Source: an uncultured Chloroflexia bacterium (lineage in GTDB: Bacteria; Chloroflexota; Chloroflexia; Thermomicrobiales; UBA6265). From it: a stretch of 64,000 bases of DNA. The position numbers and the translations under genes were made by a program. Of this stretch, positions 19,913-28,920 are shown in pieces. Below the pieces are notes generated by a model, which saw nothing but the letters and a program-made list of their open reading frames with translations, was not told the DNA's origin and made no database searches. Location of the stretch: assembly GCA_963724295.1 (NCBI GenBank), contig CAVRUC010000002.1:383275-447274 (forward strand), written 5' to 3'. Positions within the stretch are counted from its first letter, which is position 1; the number at the start of each line of letters is the position of its first letter.

Positions 19913-21499
19913 ATGTCCGATCACTCCACGACGTCATCGCGGCGCAAAGCCATCATCTCCCGCCGCAGCTTACTCGCCGCGAGCGCGGGCGCAGGCGGCG
20001 CGCTCTTCCTTGCAAGCGCCGGTCGCCGCTCTGTGGTTCGCGCTGACGAGACGCCCGAGACCGGGCACGGGCAGCACGCGGAGGCCAACAACGGCACGGG
20101 TCTCTTCCAACCGGCGAAGTGGGAGTCCGTGGACCTGGTCGAGCCTGAGGTGCGCCGTTCAGTCGACGGCGAGCTGGCCACCGAACTCCGCGTGGCTTAT
20201 GCCTATTTTGACACCGGTGGATATCGCCTCTCGCTGCGCACCTACGAAGGAACCATCCCCGGACCGACGCTTCGCGTGCAGCCAGGTGACGTCCTCCGTG
20301 TTTCTCTGATCAACGACCTGCCGCCGAATCGCGCGGAGTTGCCGCTCAATACCGACTTGCCTCATCACTTCAACACCACGAACGTCCACGTCCATGGTCT
20401 GCACGTCAGTCCCAGCGGCAACGCCGACAATGTCTTGCGCAGCATGGAGCCGGGGCAGAGTTACGAGGTGGAGATCGCCATTCCCGCCGACCACCCGCGC
20501 GGCACCTACTGGTACCACCCCCATCATCACGGGAGCGCTGATGTCCAGATCTCCAGTGGAATGGCCGGCGCGCTGATCGTGGAGGGAGATTTCCCCGGTG
20601 TTGCGGAGATCGCCAACGTCGTCGAGCGCGTGCTCATCCTCAACGAGGTGATGTTCGACTATCTGGGAACGATCGAAGTCTACGACACGATCTGGCCGGA
20701 AGCCGCCCCGCGCTTCATTTCCGTCAACGGGCAGCGGGAGCCGATCATCCGGCTCCGTCCCGGCGAGGTGCAGCGCTGGCGCATCGTCCAGGCCGCGCAC
20801 GAGAGCAACCTGCGGCTGGCCCTGGACGGCCACCTGCTGCACCCAATCGCCTACGATGGCATCCCGCGCTCGCGCTTCGAGGGATTGGAGAGTCTGGTGA
20901 TCGCACCAGGGCAGCGGGCCGACGTACTGGTGCAGGCGGGAGCGCCCGGCGCCTACGAGTTGCAGGCGATTGCGAACGATCAAGGCTATCCATCGCCAAC
21001 TGGGACGTTGGCCCACGTCGTGGTCGAAGGTGAGCCGGTGACGATGAGCCTTCCGGCACCCCTACCCGAGTCTCCACTCGCGCCCATCGGCGACGACGAG
21101 ATTACCGGCGCCCGAACCTTAACATTCACCGCCATCGAACCGGAGGTTCCCGCAGCCGCCACGTACCATGAGTTTGCCGACTTGATCGATGGCCGCCGGT
21201 TCGATCCGGACCGGGTGGACCAATCCATCCGCCTCGGTGCGGTCGAGGAGTGGACGGTGGTCAATGACGACTCTAGCGACCACGTCTTCCACATCCACAC
21301 CAACCCGTTTCAGGTCATGGCTATCAACGGCGAGCCGGTGTCCGAGACGCTCTGGCGCGACACGGTGATCGTTCCCCGGAACGGAAGTCTCACCTTCCGC
21401 TCGCGCTTCCTCGATTTCACGGGCAAGACAGTGCTGCACTGCCACATGATGAACCACGAGGAGCTGGGTATGATGCAGCTGATCGAGTTTACCGAGTAG
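19913..21499 (+). CDS. Tat-exported multicopper oxidase
   Basis: SRRSLL; HVHG, WYHPH, HVFHIH, HCHMMNHEELGMM. Confidence 0.95.
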   Translation: MSDHSTTSSRRKAIISRRSLLAASAGAGGALFLASAGRRSVVRADETPETGHGQHAEANNGTGLFQPAKWESVDLVEPEVRRSVDGELATELRVAYAYFDTGGYRLSLRTYEGTIPGPTLRVQPGDVLRVSLINDLPPNRAELPLNTDLPHHFNTTNVHVHGLHVSPSGNADNVLRSMEPGQSYEVEIAIPADHPRGTYWYHPHHHGSADVQISSGMAGALIVEGDFPGVAEIANVVERVLILNEVMFDYLGTIEVYDTIWPEAAPRFISVNGQREPIIRLRPGEVQRWRIVQAAHESNLRLALDGHLLHPIAYDGIPRSRFEGLESLVIAPGQRADVLVQAGAPGAYELQAIANDQGYPSPTGTLAHVVVEGEPVTMSLPAPLPESPLAPIGDDEITGARTLTFTAIEPEVPAAATYHEFADLIDGRRFDPDRVDQSIRLGAVEEWTVVNDDSSDHVFHIHTNPFQVMAINGEPVSETLWRDTVIVPRNGSLTFRSRFLDFTGKTVLHCHMMNHEELGMMQLIEFTE

Positions 21500-21576
21500 G
21501 TGCGCTCGGCGTTTCCGCTGACGCTAGCGGGACGGCGAGCGCGCTCGACCAGCGGCAAACCCGGTCCGGACCCGGG

Positions 21577-22875
21577 TCAGTCCCCCAGCTCGCGCAGCCG
21601 TCCTTCGAGGAAGCGCCGCTCCGGCTCCTGGAGCGTCAGGCTCAGCGCCCGCTCGTACGCGGCGCGGGCTTCCGCGGTCCGTCCCAGCCTGCGGCAGAGC
21701 TCCGCCCGCGCCGAATGTGCCAGGTGGTAGTCGACCAGGTCGCCACGCGCCAGGATGGCGTCAATCAGCGCCAGACCCGCGGCCGGTCCGTCGCGCATCG
21801 CCACCGCCACGGCGCGGTTCAGCTCGACGACTGGCGACGGATGTGCCTGGGTCAGGACGTCATAGAGCGCGACGATCTGCGCCCAGTCGGTCGCGGCCGG
21901 GGTGTCGGCGTCAGCATGGATCGCCGCTATCGCCGCCTGCAGGGTGTAGGGGCCAAACTGGCCTGATGACAGCGCCCGTTCCACGAGTGCCTTGCCCTGG
22001 GCAATCTGGCCCCGGTCCCAGAGCGAGCGGTCCTGGTCGTCCAGCAGGATGATGTCTCCGGCTGGTGTAGTCCGTGCCGCGCGGCGCGATTCGTGGAGCA
22101 GCATCAAGGCCAGCAGTCCCATCACCTCGGGTTCGGGAAGCAGCTCGTACAGGAGACGCGCCAGGCGGATTGCCTCGCCCGAGAGATCGGCCCGCGTCAA
22201 TGATGCGCCCGAGGACGCGGCGTACCCCTCGTTGAACACGAGGTAGATCACCTGCAGCACGGCTTCCAGGCGCTCCGGCAGCTCGGCCGCCGCCGGCACC
22301 TGGTACGGAATGCCGGCGTCGCGAATCTTTGCCTTGGCGCGCACGATGCGCTGGGCCAACGTGGGCGGCGCCGTCAGAAAGGCGCGCGCGATCTCCTCGG
22401 TGGTGAGACCGCAGACTTCCCGCAGGGTCAGCGCGACGCGCGCTTCCGGCGACAGGGCAGGGTGGCAGCAGGTGAAGATCAGTCGCAGCCGGTCGTCCGC
22501 GACCCCTTCTTCGTCCCACTCTTCCTCGGTCTCGGTGTTGTCGTCGATCTGGGCGGCCAGCGTCGCCAGCGAGGCGTCGAACCTGGCCCGCCGGCGAATG
22601 CCGTCGATAGCCTTGAACCGGCCGGTCGACACCAGCCAGGCTCGGGGGTTGGCCGGTACGCCATCCTTGGCCCATTGTTTCAGCGCGGCGGCGAACGCAT
22701 CGTGCAGCGCGTCCTCGGCCAAGTCGAAGTCGCCGAGCAGGCGAATGAGGGTGGCGAACACGCGACGCGACTCGGCCTGATAGACGTCGTCCACCAGCCG
22801 GCGGATTTCCTCCGTCGCGTCGAGCATTGGCGTCGGGTCCTTGATCCGGCTTCGCAATGTCGTCGTTGAGCTCAT
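21577..22875 (-). CDS. ECF42 RNA polymerase sigma factor with C-terminal TPR-like extension
   Basis: [49 protein letters not shown] genes nearby. Confidence 0.92.
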   Translation of the reverse strand: MSSTTTLRSRIKDPTPMLDATEEIRRLVDDVYQAESRRVFATLIRLLGDFDLAEDALHDAFAAALKQWAKDGVPANPRAWLVSTGRFKAIDGIRRRARFDASLATLAAQIDDNTETEEEWDEEGVADDRLRLIFTCCHPALSPEARVALTLREVCGLTTEEIARAFLTAPPTLAQRIVRAKAKIRDAGIPYQVPAAAELPERLEAVLQVIYLVFNEGYAASSGASLTRADLSGEAIRLARLLYELLPEPEVMGLLALMLLHESRRAARTTPAGDIILLDDQDRSLWDRGQIAQGKALVERALSSGQFGPYTLQAAIAAIHADADTPAATDWAQIVALYDVLTQAHPSPVVELNRAVAVAMRDGPAAGLALIDAILARGDLVDYHLAHSARAELCRRLGRTAEARAAYERALSLTLQEPERRFLEGRLRELGD

Positions 22876-23141
22876 GTGGCAAATCGCTGCGCGGCGCGCG
22901 CCTTGGCCCTGGCCGCCTCGTCCTGCCGGTTCTTCGGCTCCGCGGGAGTCTCCAGCGCGAGCAGCAGCCGGTGCGAGATGCGGGCGATGTCGTCGATCGC
23001 CGCCTCGAAGGCGGCCTCGTTTGCGCGGGACGGTTTACTGAAGCCGCTGATCTTTCGCACGAACTGCAGCGATGCGGCTCGGATCTCATCCTCCGTGGCC
23101 GGCGGCTCGAAATTGAACAACGTCCGAATGTTCCTGCACAT
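22872..23141 (-). CDS. DUF2277 family protein
   Basis: [33 protein letters not shown]. Confidence 0.9.
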   Translation of the reverse strand: MCRNIRTLFNFEPPATEDEIRAASLQFVRKISGFSKPSRANEAAFEAAIDDIARISHRLLLALETPAEPKNRQDEAARAKARAAQRFAT

Positions 23142-23296
23142 GCGCGTTGCCCCTTACCTGATCGACAACCGTGCCCGTGCCTTGGTCGGGTCGAGTCTGC
23201 ACATTCAGCGGTCTGCGAATCGTGTCGACGCGGCGTGACCGGTGGCCGCCCGGCTTTCCCCTCAGCCGCGTCCCTCAAGCGCCGGAGTGTGCCAGG

Positions 23297-23338
23297 CAGT
23301 ATACCGGCTGAACAATGAACGTACAGCACAAATGTTCT
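23297..23338 (-). promoter_or_regulatory. conserved promoter block with TATACT -10 and LexA-like box (copy 2)
   Basis: Aligns without gaps to 18621-18662. Confidence 0.55.
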
Positions 23339-23377
23339 TTTGTCAATCCGTCACAGGAAAACAGGTCACTCGAAACA

Positions 23378-23411
23378 GGAGCGAGCGGTCGCGATTGCAA
23401 CCGCTCGCTCC
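23378..23411 (-). terminator. stem-loop terminator after the serine hydrolase gene
   Basis: GGAGCGAGCGGT...ACCGCTCGCTCC, 12-bp stem. Confidence 0.65.
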
Positions 23412-23430
23412 CCATTAGCCTGCCGGTTTC

Positions 23431-24822
23431 TCAGTCGTCGATCGCTTGGTAGGCCGACGTCCAGAAATCGTACAAGGCAATCGGACCGGCAGCGTCCCAA
23501 ACGCGCTGAGTCAAGAGGATGCCGATCAGCTCCTCCGTGGGGTCGACGTACCACGACGTGCCGTAGCCGCCGTCCCAGCCGTACCGCCCAGGCGTCGTCG
23601 CCAGGTTATCGCGGCGGGTGTTGATGGCAACGCCGAACCCCCAGCCGTTGCTGTCCCAGAATCCGGGGAAGAAATCAGAGGCGGACGCCGCTTTCTGCTC
23701 CGAGGTGATCTGGTCGGTCGTCATGAGCTGGACCGACGGACGTGACAAGATGCGCTCGTCTCCGAACTTCCCGTTTCCGATCATCATCTGCGCGAAGGCG
23801 AACAGATCGTCGATCGTCGAGACCAGACCGCCCGCGCCTGACTCGAAAGCTGGTGGACTCCCGAACCGGCTGTCCTGGACGGGATCGAAGACTTCAAATT
23901 CGCCCGTCGCGAAATTTGTCCAATAGGCCGTCGGCAGCCGGTCGAGCTTGCTCGCGGGCACGCTGAAGGCCGTGTCCTTCATGCCGAGAGGAGCAAAAAT
24001 GCGCTCCTGTAGGAACTCGCCCAAGGCCATATCAGTGGCGCGGGCGATGAGTACGCCGAGGATGTCGGAGCCGGAGTTGTAGAACCACCGCTCACCCGGT
24101 TGATGCAGCAGCGGCAGGCTGCCGTATCGCTCCATCAGCTCGTCGGGCGAAAATGCGGGCAGTAGCGGACCAGCGGCAACGCCTGCCTCCTCCATCGCTG
24201 CTTGGATCGGATATTGGCCGGGGGCAGCGAACACCGCTCCGTATCCCAACCGGAACGTGAGCAAATCACGCAGGGTGATCGGCCGGTTGGCTGGTACAGT
24301 GTCCTTGAGCGGGCTCTCTAACGTGCGCAGCACCTGGCGATTGGCCAGCTCTGGCAGAAGTGGATCGACCGGGTCATCGAGGCGCAGTACGGATTCCTCG
24401 ATCAGGATCATCGCCGCCGCAGCCACGATCGGTTTGGTCACCGAGGCAATGCGGAAAATGGTGTCGCGCCGCATCGGCTCGTCGCTATCGAACGCCGTCG
24501 TGCCGATGACATCGACGTGCGTCTCACCGCGCCGGCTGAGCAGGGTGACGAGACCGGGAACGAACCCGCTCTCGACATGGCCAGCCATGACGTCATGCAC
24601 GCGCTCCAGCCGCGCCTGGGACAATCCTCCACCGTCCAAGGTCTGTTCCCTCCGTCCTGTCTCGTGCGATCGTGATGGTCGTTCCGGTGCGGACCACGTC
24701 GGCCGGATGGTCGCGGCGGGAATCACCAGCGCCGTGGACGCCGCGGTAGATTTCAGTAATGTCCGTCTGGTGAACTCAGTCTCCTTGCTCGAGGTCGTTA
24801 GGTGCGCGTCATGGTTCGGCAT
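23431..24822 (-). CDS. Tat-exported serine hydrolase (beta-lactamase-related family)
   Basis: TRRTLLK; FRIASVTK (SxxK), PGERWFYN, GWDGGYGT. Confidence 0.92.
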   Translation of the reverse strand: MPNHDAHLTTSSKETEFTRRTLLKSTAASTALVIPAATIRPTWSAPERPSRSHETGRREQTLDGGGLSQARLERVHDVMAGHVESGFVPGLVTLLSRRGETHVDVIGTTAFDSDEPMRRDTIFRIASVTKPIVAAAAMILIEESVLRLDDPVDPLLPELANRQVLRTLESPLKDTVPANRPITLRDLLTFRLGYGAVFAAPGQYPIQAAMEEAGVAAGPLLPAFSPDELMERYGSLPLLHQPGERWFYNSGSDILGVLIARATDMALGEFLQERIFAPLGMKDTAFSVPASKLDRLPTAYWTNFATGEFEVFDPVQDSRFGSPPAFESGAGGLVSTIDDLFAFAQMMIGNGKFGDERILSRPSVQLMTTDQITSEQKAASASDFFPGFWDSNGWGFGVAINTRRDNLATTPGRYGWDGGYGTSWYVDPTEELIGILLTQRVWDAAGPIALYDFWTSAYQAIDD

Positions 24823-24933
24823 GATTCCGTCTTCTCCTGGTCAACTGGCCAACTGCTCGCTTACGCGACATTTCATTCGGCCCGAAAACTCAATGGGCGC
24901 GCCTCGCTGAATACGATGGATGGGAACGGCCGA

Positions 24934-26313
24934 TCAGGTACGGAACAGGGCCAGATCGATACTCTCTGCCATCGCTCTGAACCCGGCGTCATTGGGGTGC
25001 AGAAGGTCCCCGGCGTCGAATGCGGGAAGGAGGCGTGTCGGTTGTCCCGGATCGCGCACGACTTCATCGAAGTCGATCACCGCGTCAAACGCGCCGCCCG
25101 TGCGGATCCAATCGTTGACGGCTCGTCGTATCGCTTCACCTTCCTCCGAAAAAACCATCGAGCCATCGAACGGCGTGATCGTCGCCCCGAACGCGACGAT
25201 GCCATGCTCATGCGCGCGCTCGGAGAGTTGACGCAGGCCGGTGATGAGCTCACCAGCAGTCACGAATTCCTCGGGATCGCCCGTTAGCGCTGGCAAGCCG
25301 ATGTCATTGATGCCCTCAAAGACAATCACGTGCGTAACCCCAGGTTGCGCCAGCACGTCCCGGTCAAATCGCGCTAGTGCATTCGGCCCTGCAAACTCGA
25401 AGCCCTCGGGCGGGTTATTAAGCACGCGATTGCCGCCGATACCAGCATTGAGCACCGCCTTAGCGGGCTGATCCGTATCGGCCATCAGCCGCTCCGCTAG
25501 CAGGTCCGGCCAGCGCTGGTTCGTATCCGGTGTCGAAATCGCGCCATCGGTGATGGAATCGCCTAGTGCGACAACCACGCCGGTCGGCTCTGTGACGGTC
25601 ACGTCGACGCCGGTCATAAAAACCCACGTCTGCGCCGATTTCTCAACCGGCATGGTCGCTTCGGCCGTGAAGTTACCGACAGGTGAAAAGTAGTTCGTCT
25701 GGAAGGCAAAGGCATGAACGGTAGTGCTGGTCGTTGGCTCCGGGAAATAGATGCTCACCGCTAGCTCGCTGAGGGCGGGCACGGTTAGCGCGACCGGGTC
25801 GCTGACGACTAGCGCGCCCGGCGGAATTGTGATGGACGGGCTGCCGGAGAACGTCAACACGTGATCGGATGTCGGGTCGATGCGCTCCTCGGCATCACGC
25901 AGGGCCAGCCGCGCTGTGCCGATGACCAACGGGACGTCGCCAAACGTGTTGGCGAGCCGAACCCGCACCTGATCGCCACCGATCGATGTCCGCACAATCT
26001 GGCGCACGGTCTGTTTGTCGAACTCGAAGAACTGGCTCGGAAACTCCTCACCGAGTCCCGCGCTGGGGGGGTGCATTGCGGATGCCCAGGTCCCGACCCA
26101 ACGCTCCCCACCCCAGTCGCGGGCCGCTGAGACAGGGGTGGCGTCCGGAGTTGCTTGGCGTGCAGAGGCTTGTCGTCCATCCCAGATCGCGGCGCTTGTC
26201 AGCGCTCCGGCAGCAACTAGGAAATGGCGGCGCGATATCGTACTGGGGACCCGGGCGGCAGCTGGCTGGTGCCTGCGCATCGTGGACCACGCGGCGCCGG
26301 TGTCACTCTTCAT
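24934..26313 (-). CDS. Tat-exported SGNH/GDSL hydrolase
   Basis: SRRHFL; GDSITDG, NAGIGGN, EGIND, DLLHPN. Confidence 0.93.
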   Translation of the reverse strand: MKSDTGAAWSTMRRHQPAAARVPSTISRRHFLVAAGALTSAAIWDGRQASARQATPDATPVSAARDWGGERWVGTWASAMHPPSAGLGEEFPSQFFEFDKQTVRQIVRTSIGGDQVRVRLANTFGDVPLVIGTARLALRDAEERIDPTSDHVLTFSGSPSITIPPGALVVSDPVALTVPALSELAVSIYFPEPTTSTTVHAFAFQTNYFSPVGNFTAEATMPVEKSAQTWVFMTGVDVTVTEPTGVVVALGDSITDGAISTPDTNQRWPDLLAERLMADTDQPAKAVLNAGIGGNRVLNNPPEGFEFAGPNALARFDRDVLAQPGVTHVIVFEGINDIGLPALTGDPEEFVTAGELITGLRQLSERAHEHGIVAFGATITPFDGSMVFSEEGEAIRRAVNDWIRTGGAFDAVIDFDEVVRDPGQPTRLLPAFDAGDLLHPNDAGFRAMAESIDLALFRT

Positions 26314-26384
26314 CGAATCCGAACCCTTTCACGTGCAAGATCTTGGTACGACCAGCGAAGAAGGAACGCTGCTTTACGGCGAAA

Positions 26385-26398
26385 AGAACATCCGTTCT
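26385..26398. promoter_or_regulatory. LexA-like box AGAAC-N4-GTTCT
   Basis: AGAACATCCGTTCT upstream of the SGNH gene. Confidence 0.5.
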
Positions 26399-26471
26399 AC
26401 GTCTTTCCAATCGTAGTGCCGAATCAGGTCAGCCCGTGACCTGATAGCTCGAGCTGGAATGTCCGTTGATG

Positions 26472-26498
26472 GTCGACCAACGCAGTCCAAAATCGACA
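26472..26498 (-). promoter_or_regulatory. ECF42-type promoter TGTCGA-N17-CGAC
   Basis: Exact motif upstream of the SGNH hydrolase gene. Confidence 0.7.
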
Positions 26499-26623
26499 AT
26501 GGATCCGTGGGTCACGGAACATCGAGCGGACAGCCTGCACCCGGATCTTGTGGCGCGCACTAAGGTCGGCGGCATCGCGGATTCAGTATTCAAATCCGCG
26601 ATGCCGCCGATTCGGGGTGATGG

Positions 26624-27109
26624 CTACTTCAAGCTCTCCAGGAGCTCGGCCAGGCGATCCCAGGATTCGATCGCTCCGGACTCCATCCCCGACTCGAGCA
26701 TGCCGTCCCGGTCTTCGACCGAATCGAAGAGCGCCGTCGACGAGACCGTCGTCTTACCGTCGTGCTCTTCGAAAGTCACCGTTTCCACCAGGATGTGACC
26801 AGGCATGCCTTCAAATTCAAAGGTGTAGACGAGTCGCTCAGGGGGCACGATCTCGCGGTACTCGCCGCGGAAGCCGTACTCATTGCCCTCTGGATCGCGC
26901 TGGACGAAGCGCCACGCGCCGCCAGGTCGGACATCCATCACGTCCACTATCGTCGTGGAGTTGCGCTGACCCCACCAGTGCGGGACGTGCTGCGGGTCGG
27001 TGTGAGCTTGAAACACTAGCTCACGCGGCGCATCGAAGACGCGCGTCATGGTGATCTCGCGATCCGAGGGCTTCGTGAGCGTCATGCGGGCTTTAGTCCT
27101 CTCGGTCAC
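26624..27109 (-). CDS. SRPBCC/AHSA1 family protein
   Basis: TRVFDAPRELVF, DVRGGAW-like, GEYREIVPPERLVYT. Confidence 0.92.
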   Translation of the reverse strand: MTERTKARMTLTKPSDREITMTRVFDAPRELVFQAHTDPQHVPHWWGQRNSTTIVDVMDVRPGGAWRFVQRDPEGNEYGFRGEYREIVPPERLVYTFEFEGMPGHILVETVTFEEHDGKTTVSSTALFDSVEDRDGMLESGMESGAIESWDRLAELLESLK

Positions 27110-27461
27110 TGGTGTTGTCCTTTCCCTTTTCGTGTCCCTGCACTTGCAACTCGTGCAGGTAGTCGTCCAGCCGATCGAAGCTCTCGTCCCAGAACTGGCG
27201 ATAGTCCTCCATCCAATCAGCCACCTGGTGCAGCGGCGCTGTCTCCAGCCGGCACGGCCGCCACTGTGCCTTCCGTCCCTGAGAGACCAGCCCGGCCTGC
27301 TGCAGCACCTTGAGGTGCTTGGACACCGTGGGCAGACTCAGCGCGAAGGGTTCGGCCAGCTCGGTGACCGTAGCTTCACCCTGGGCGAGTCGCGCCAGGA
27401 TGGCCCGCCGTGTGGGATCGGCGAGAGCCGCGAAGGTGGTACTCAGGTGATCGCTTGGCAT
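27093..27461 (-). CDS. ArsR/SmtB family transcriptional regulator
   Basis: FAALADPTRRAIL, SKHLKVL. Confidence 0.93.
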   Translation of the reverse strand: MPSDHLSTTFAALADPTRRAILARLAQGEATVTELAEPFALSLPTVSKHLKVLQQAGLVSQGRKAQWRPCRLETAPLHQVADWMEDYRQFWDESFDRLDDYLHELQVQGHEKGKDNTSDRED

Positions 27462-27475
27462 CCCGTATTTTCCTG

Positions 27476-27526
27476 ATTAGCTAATTAGCTAATTGGTAGA
27501 ATACGATCCCGAACGGCTCCTGTCAA
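27476..27526 (-). promoter_or_regulatory. sigma70 promoter and palindromic operator of the arsR-SRPBCC operon
   Basis: TTGACA (27526-27521)-N17-TATTCT; perfect palindrome ATTAGCTAATTAGCTAAT at 27476-27493. Confidence 0.75.
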
Positions 27527-27655
27527 TCCCCACCGCATCCGTCCTGCTCGACCGGGCGGTGACGTTGGCGGGCACCCACTGCGCCACCACCCACGGGCGT
27601 CACCCCAAGCACGCCACGCTGCACCAGCTGGCACTTGCAGGATCTCGTCAGACAC

Positions 27656-27727
27656 GGGTGACAGGGTCACAGGGAGAACGATGACCCTGCCACCCTGCCA
27701 CCCTGCCACCACGAGCGCAGCGAGTAA
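27656..27727. repeat. intergenic palindromic repeat family A, copy 3
   Basis: GGGTGACAGGGTCACA-GGGAGAACGA-(CCCTGCCA)3-CCACGAGCGCAGCGAGT. Confidence 0.85.
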
Positions 27728-27779
27728 AGACCCGGAAGGATGTCCGTCGGTGCTACCTCATTCGCGGTCCGGCGCCGAC

Positions 27780-28778
27780 CTAGAAGATGCCCGCGTACAG
27801 AGCGCAGGAACGGCAGATGTCCGGCGGCTCATCTGAGGCCAGGCGGTCCCGGAAGGCGTTGAAGACGTCGCCGTTCCAGATCTCCTCCACGCCGTGCTCG
27901 AACATATTGCCCATGTTGGCCCGGTCGGGAGTGGAGACCATGCAGCAGGGCATCGTATCCCCGGTGTAGCTCACATAGCCGCCGCTCCACGGCCAGCTGC
28001 ATCGCTTGCGGCCGGGCGTACCCGGTGGGTGGACCCGTGGCTGGGTGCGCGGCAGCCGAAGATCGACACCCAGCGCCTCGGCGGTCTCCCGGGCCAGCCC
28101 GAAGTAGTGCTCGACCCGCTCCGGATCGTCGTCGAGCAGGGTCTGTGATTGCACGAACTCGCGCATCGGTCCGTAGTGCGCCGGCAGAGTCTCCTCCCCG
28201 AAATCGTGGCAGAGGTGCTGCACGAACAGCGCCTCCATCTCCCACTCGGCGGCGAACCGCACCAGGTCGGGAAGCTCGTGCAGGTTCTGCCGCATCAGCA
28301 CCATCACCATGCGCACTCGCGGCAAGCCATGGTCGGATCGTGAGCGTGCATCCCGTAGCAGACCCAGATTGCGCACCACTTTGTCGAGGTGGGCGCGAAC
28401 CCGGATCCGCTCGTACGTCTCCGCGGTCGCGCCGTCGATCGACACGTGGAGGCAGTCGAGACCGCTGGCGACGCACGCCGCCGCCCGCCGCTCGTTGAGC
28501 AGGGTCAGGTTCGAGTTGGTGGTGACGCGGATCCCTTTCCCCGCCGCGTACGACACCATGTCGAAGAACCGGGGATGCATCATCGGCTCCCCCAGCCCTT
28601 GCAGGTGTAATTCCTGCAATCCGGTCCATGTGTCGATCAGGCTCGTGAACTTGTCGAAGGCCATGAACGCCAGCGGGCCGTACGGCGGTCCATCCTGACG
28701 AAATTGGATGGCGCACATCTGGCAGCGCAGGTTGCATTGCCCTACCGGCTCGATCTGGAGATAGGTCGGGAGCTCCAT
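27780..28778 (-). CDS. radical SAM protein with SPASM/twitch domain
   Basis: CNLRCQMC, GLGEP, CSWPW...PCC...CRSC. Confidence 0.92.
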   Translation of the reverse strand: MELPTYLQIEPVGQCNLRCQMCAIQFRQDGPPYGPLAFMAFDKFTSLIDTWTGLQELHLQGLGEPMMHPRFFDMVSYAAGKGIRVTTNSNLTLLNERRAAACVASGLDCLHVSIDGATAETYERIRVRAHLDKVVRNLGLLRDARSRSDHGLPRVRMVMVLMRQNLHELPDLVRFAAEWEMEALFVQHLCHDFGEETLPAHYGPMREFVQSQTLLDDDPERVEHYFGLARETAEALGVDLRLPRTQPRVHPPGTPGRKRCSWPWSGGYVSYTGDTMPCCMVSTPDRANMGNMFEHGVEEIWNGDVFNAFRDRLASDEPPDICRSCALYAGIF

Positions 28779-28920
28779 TGCAGTCCTCTCTGAGGAAGCG
28801 ACAACCATCGACTCCGCCGCCTCCGTGCAAGATCAATGCCGCACATGGCACTGATCCTGCTCCACGGCGTCCGCAATGGCTGCGGTCCGCGCCGCATCGG
28901 GAGCAGATTGGGGTCGTCGG

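Noticed and set aside
17320..23329. Long antisense or alternate-frame ORFs (e.g. 17320-18780, 21911-23329)
   Set aside because: Typical high-GC shadow ORFs overlapping well-supported genes.
27780..28778. Radical SAM/SPASM enzyme as a maturase for the MTWD peptides
   Set aside because: It lies 26 kb away, has no visible RRE or adjacent precursor, and is linked to a sugar-modification operon.
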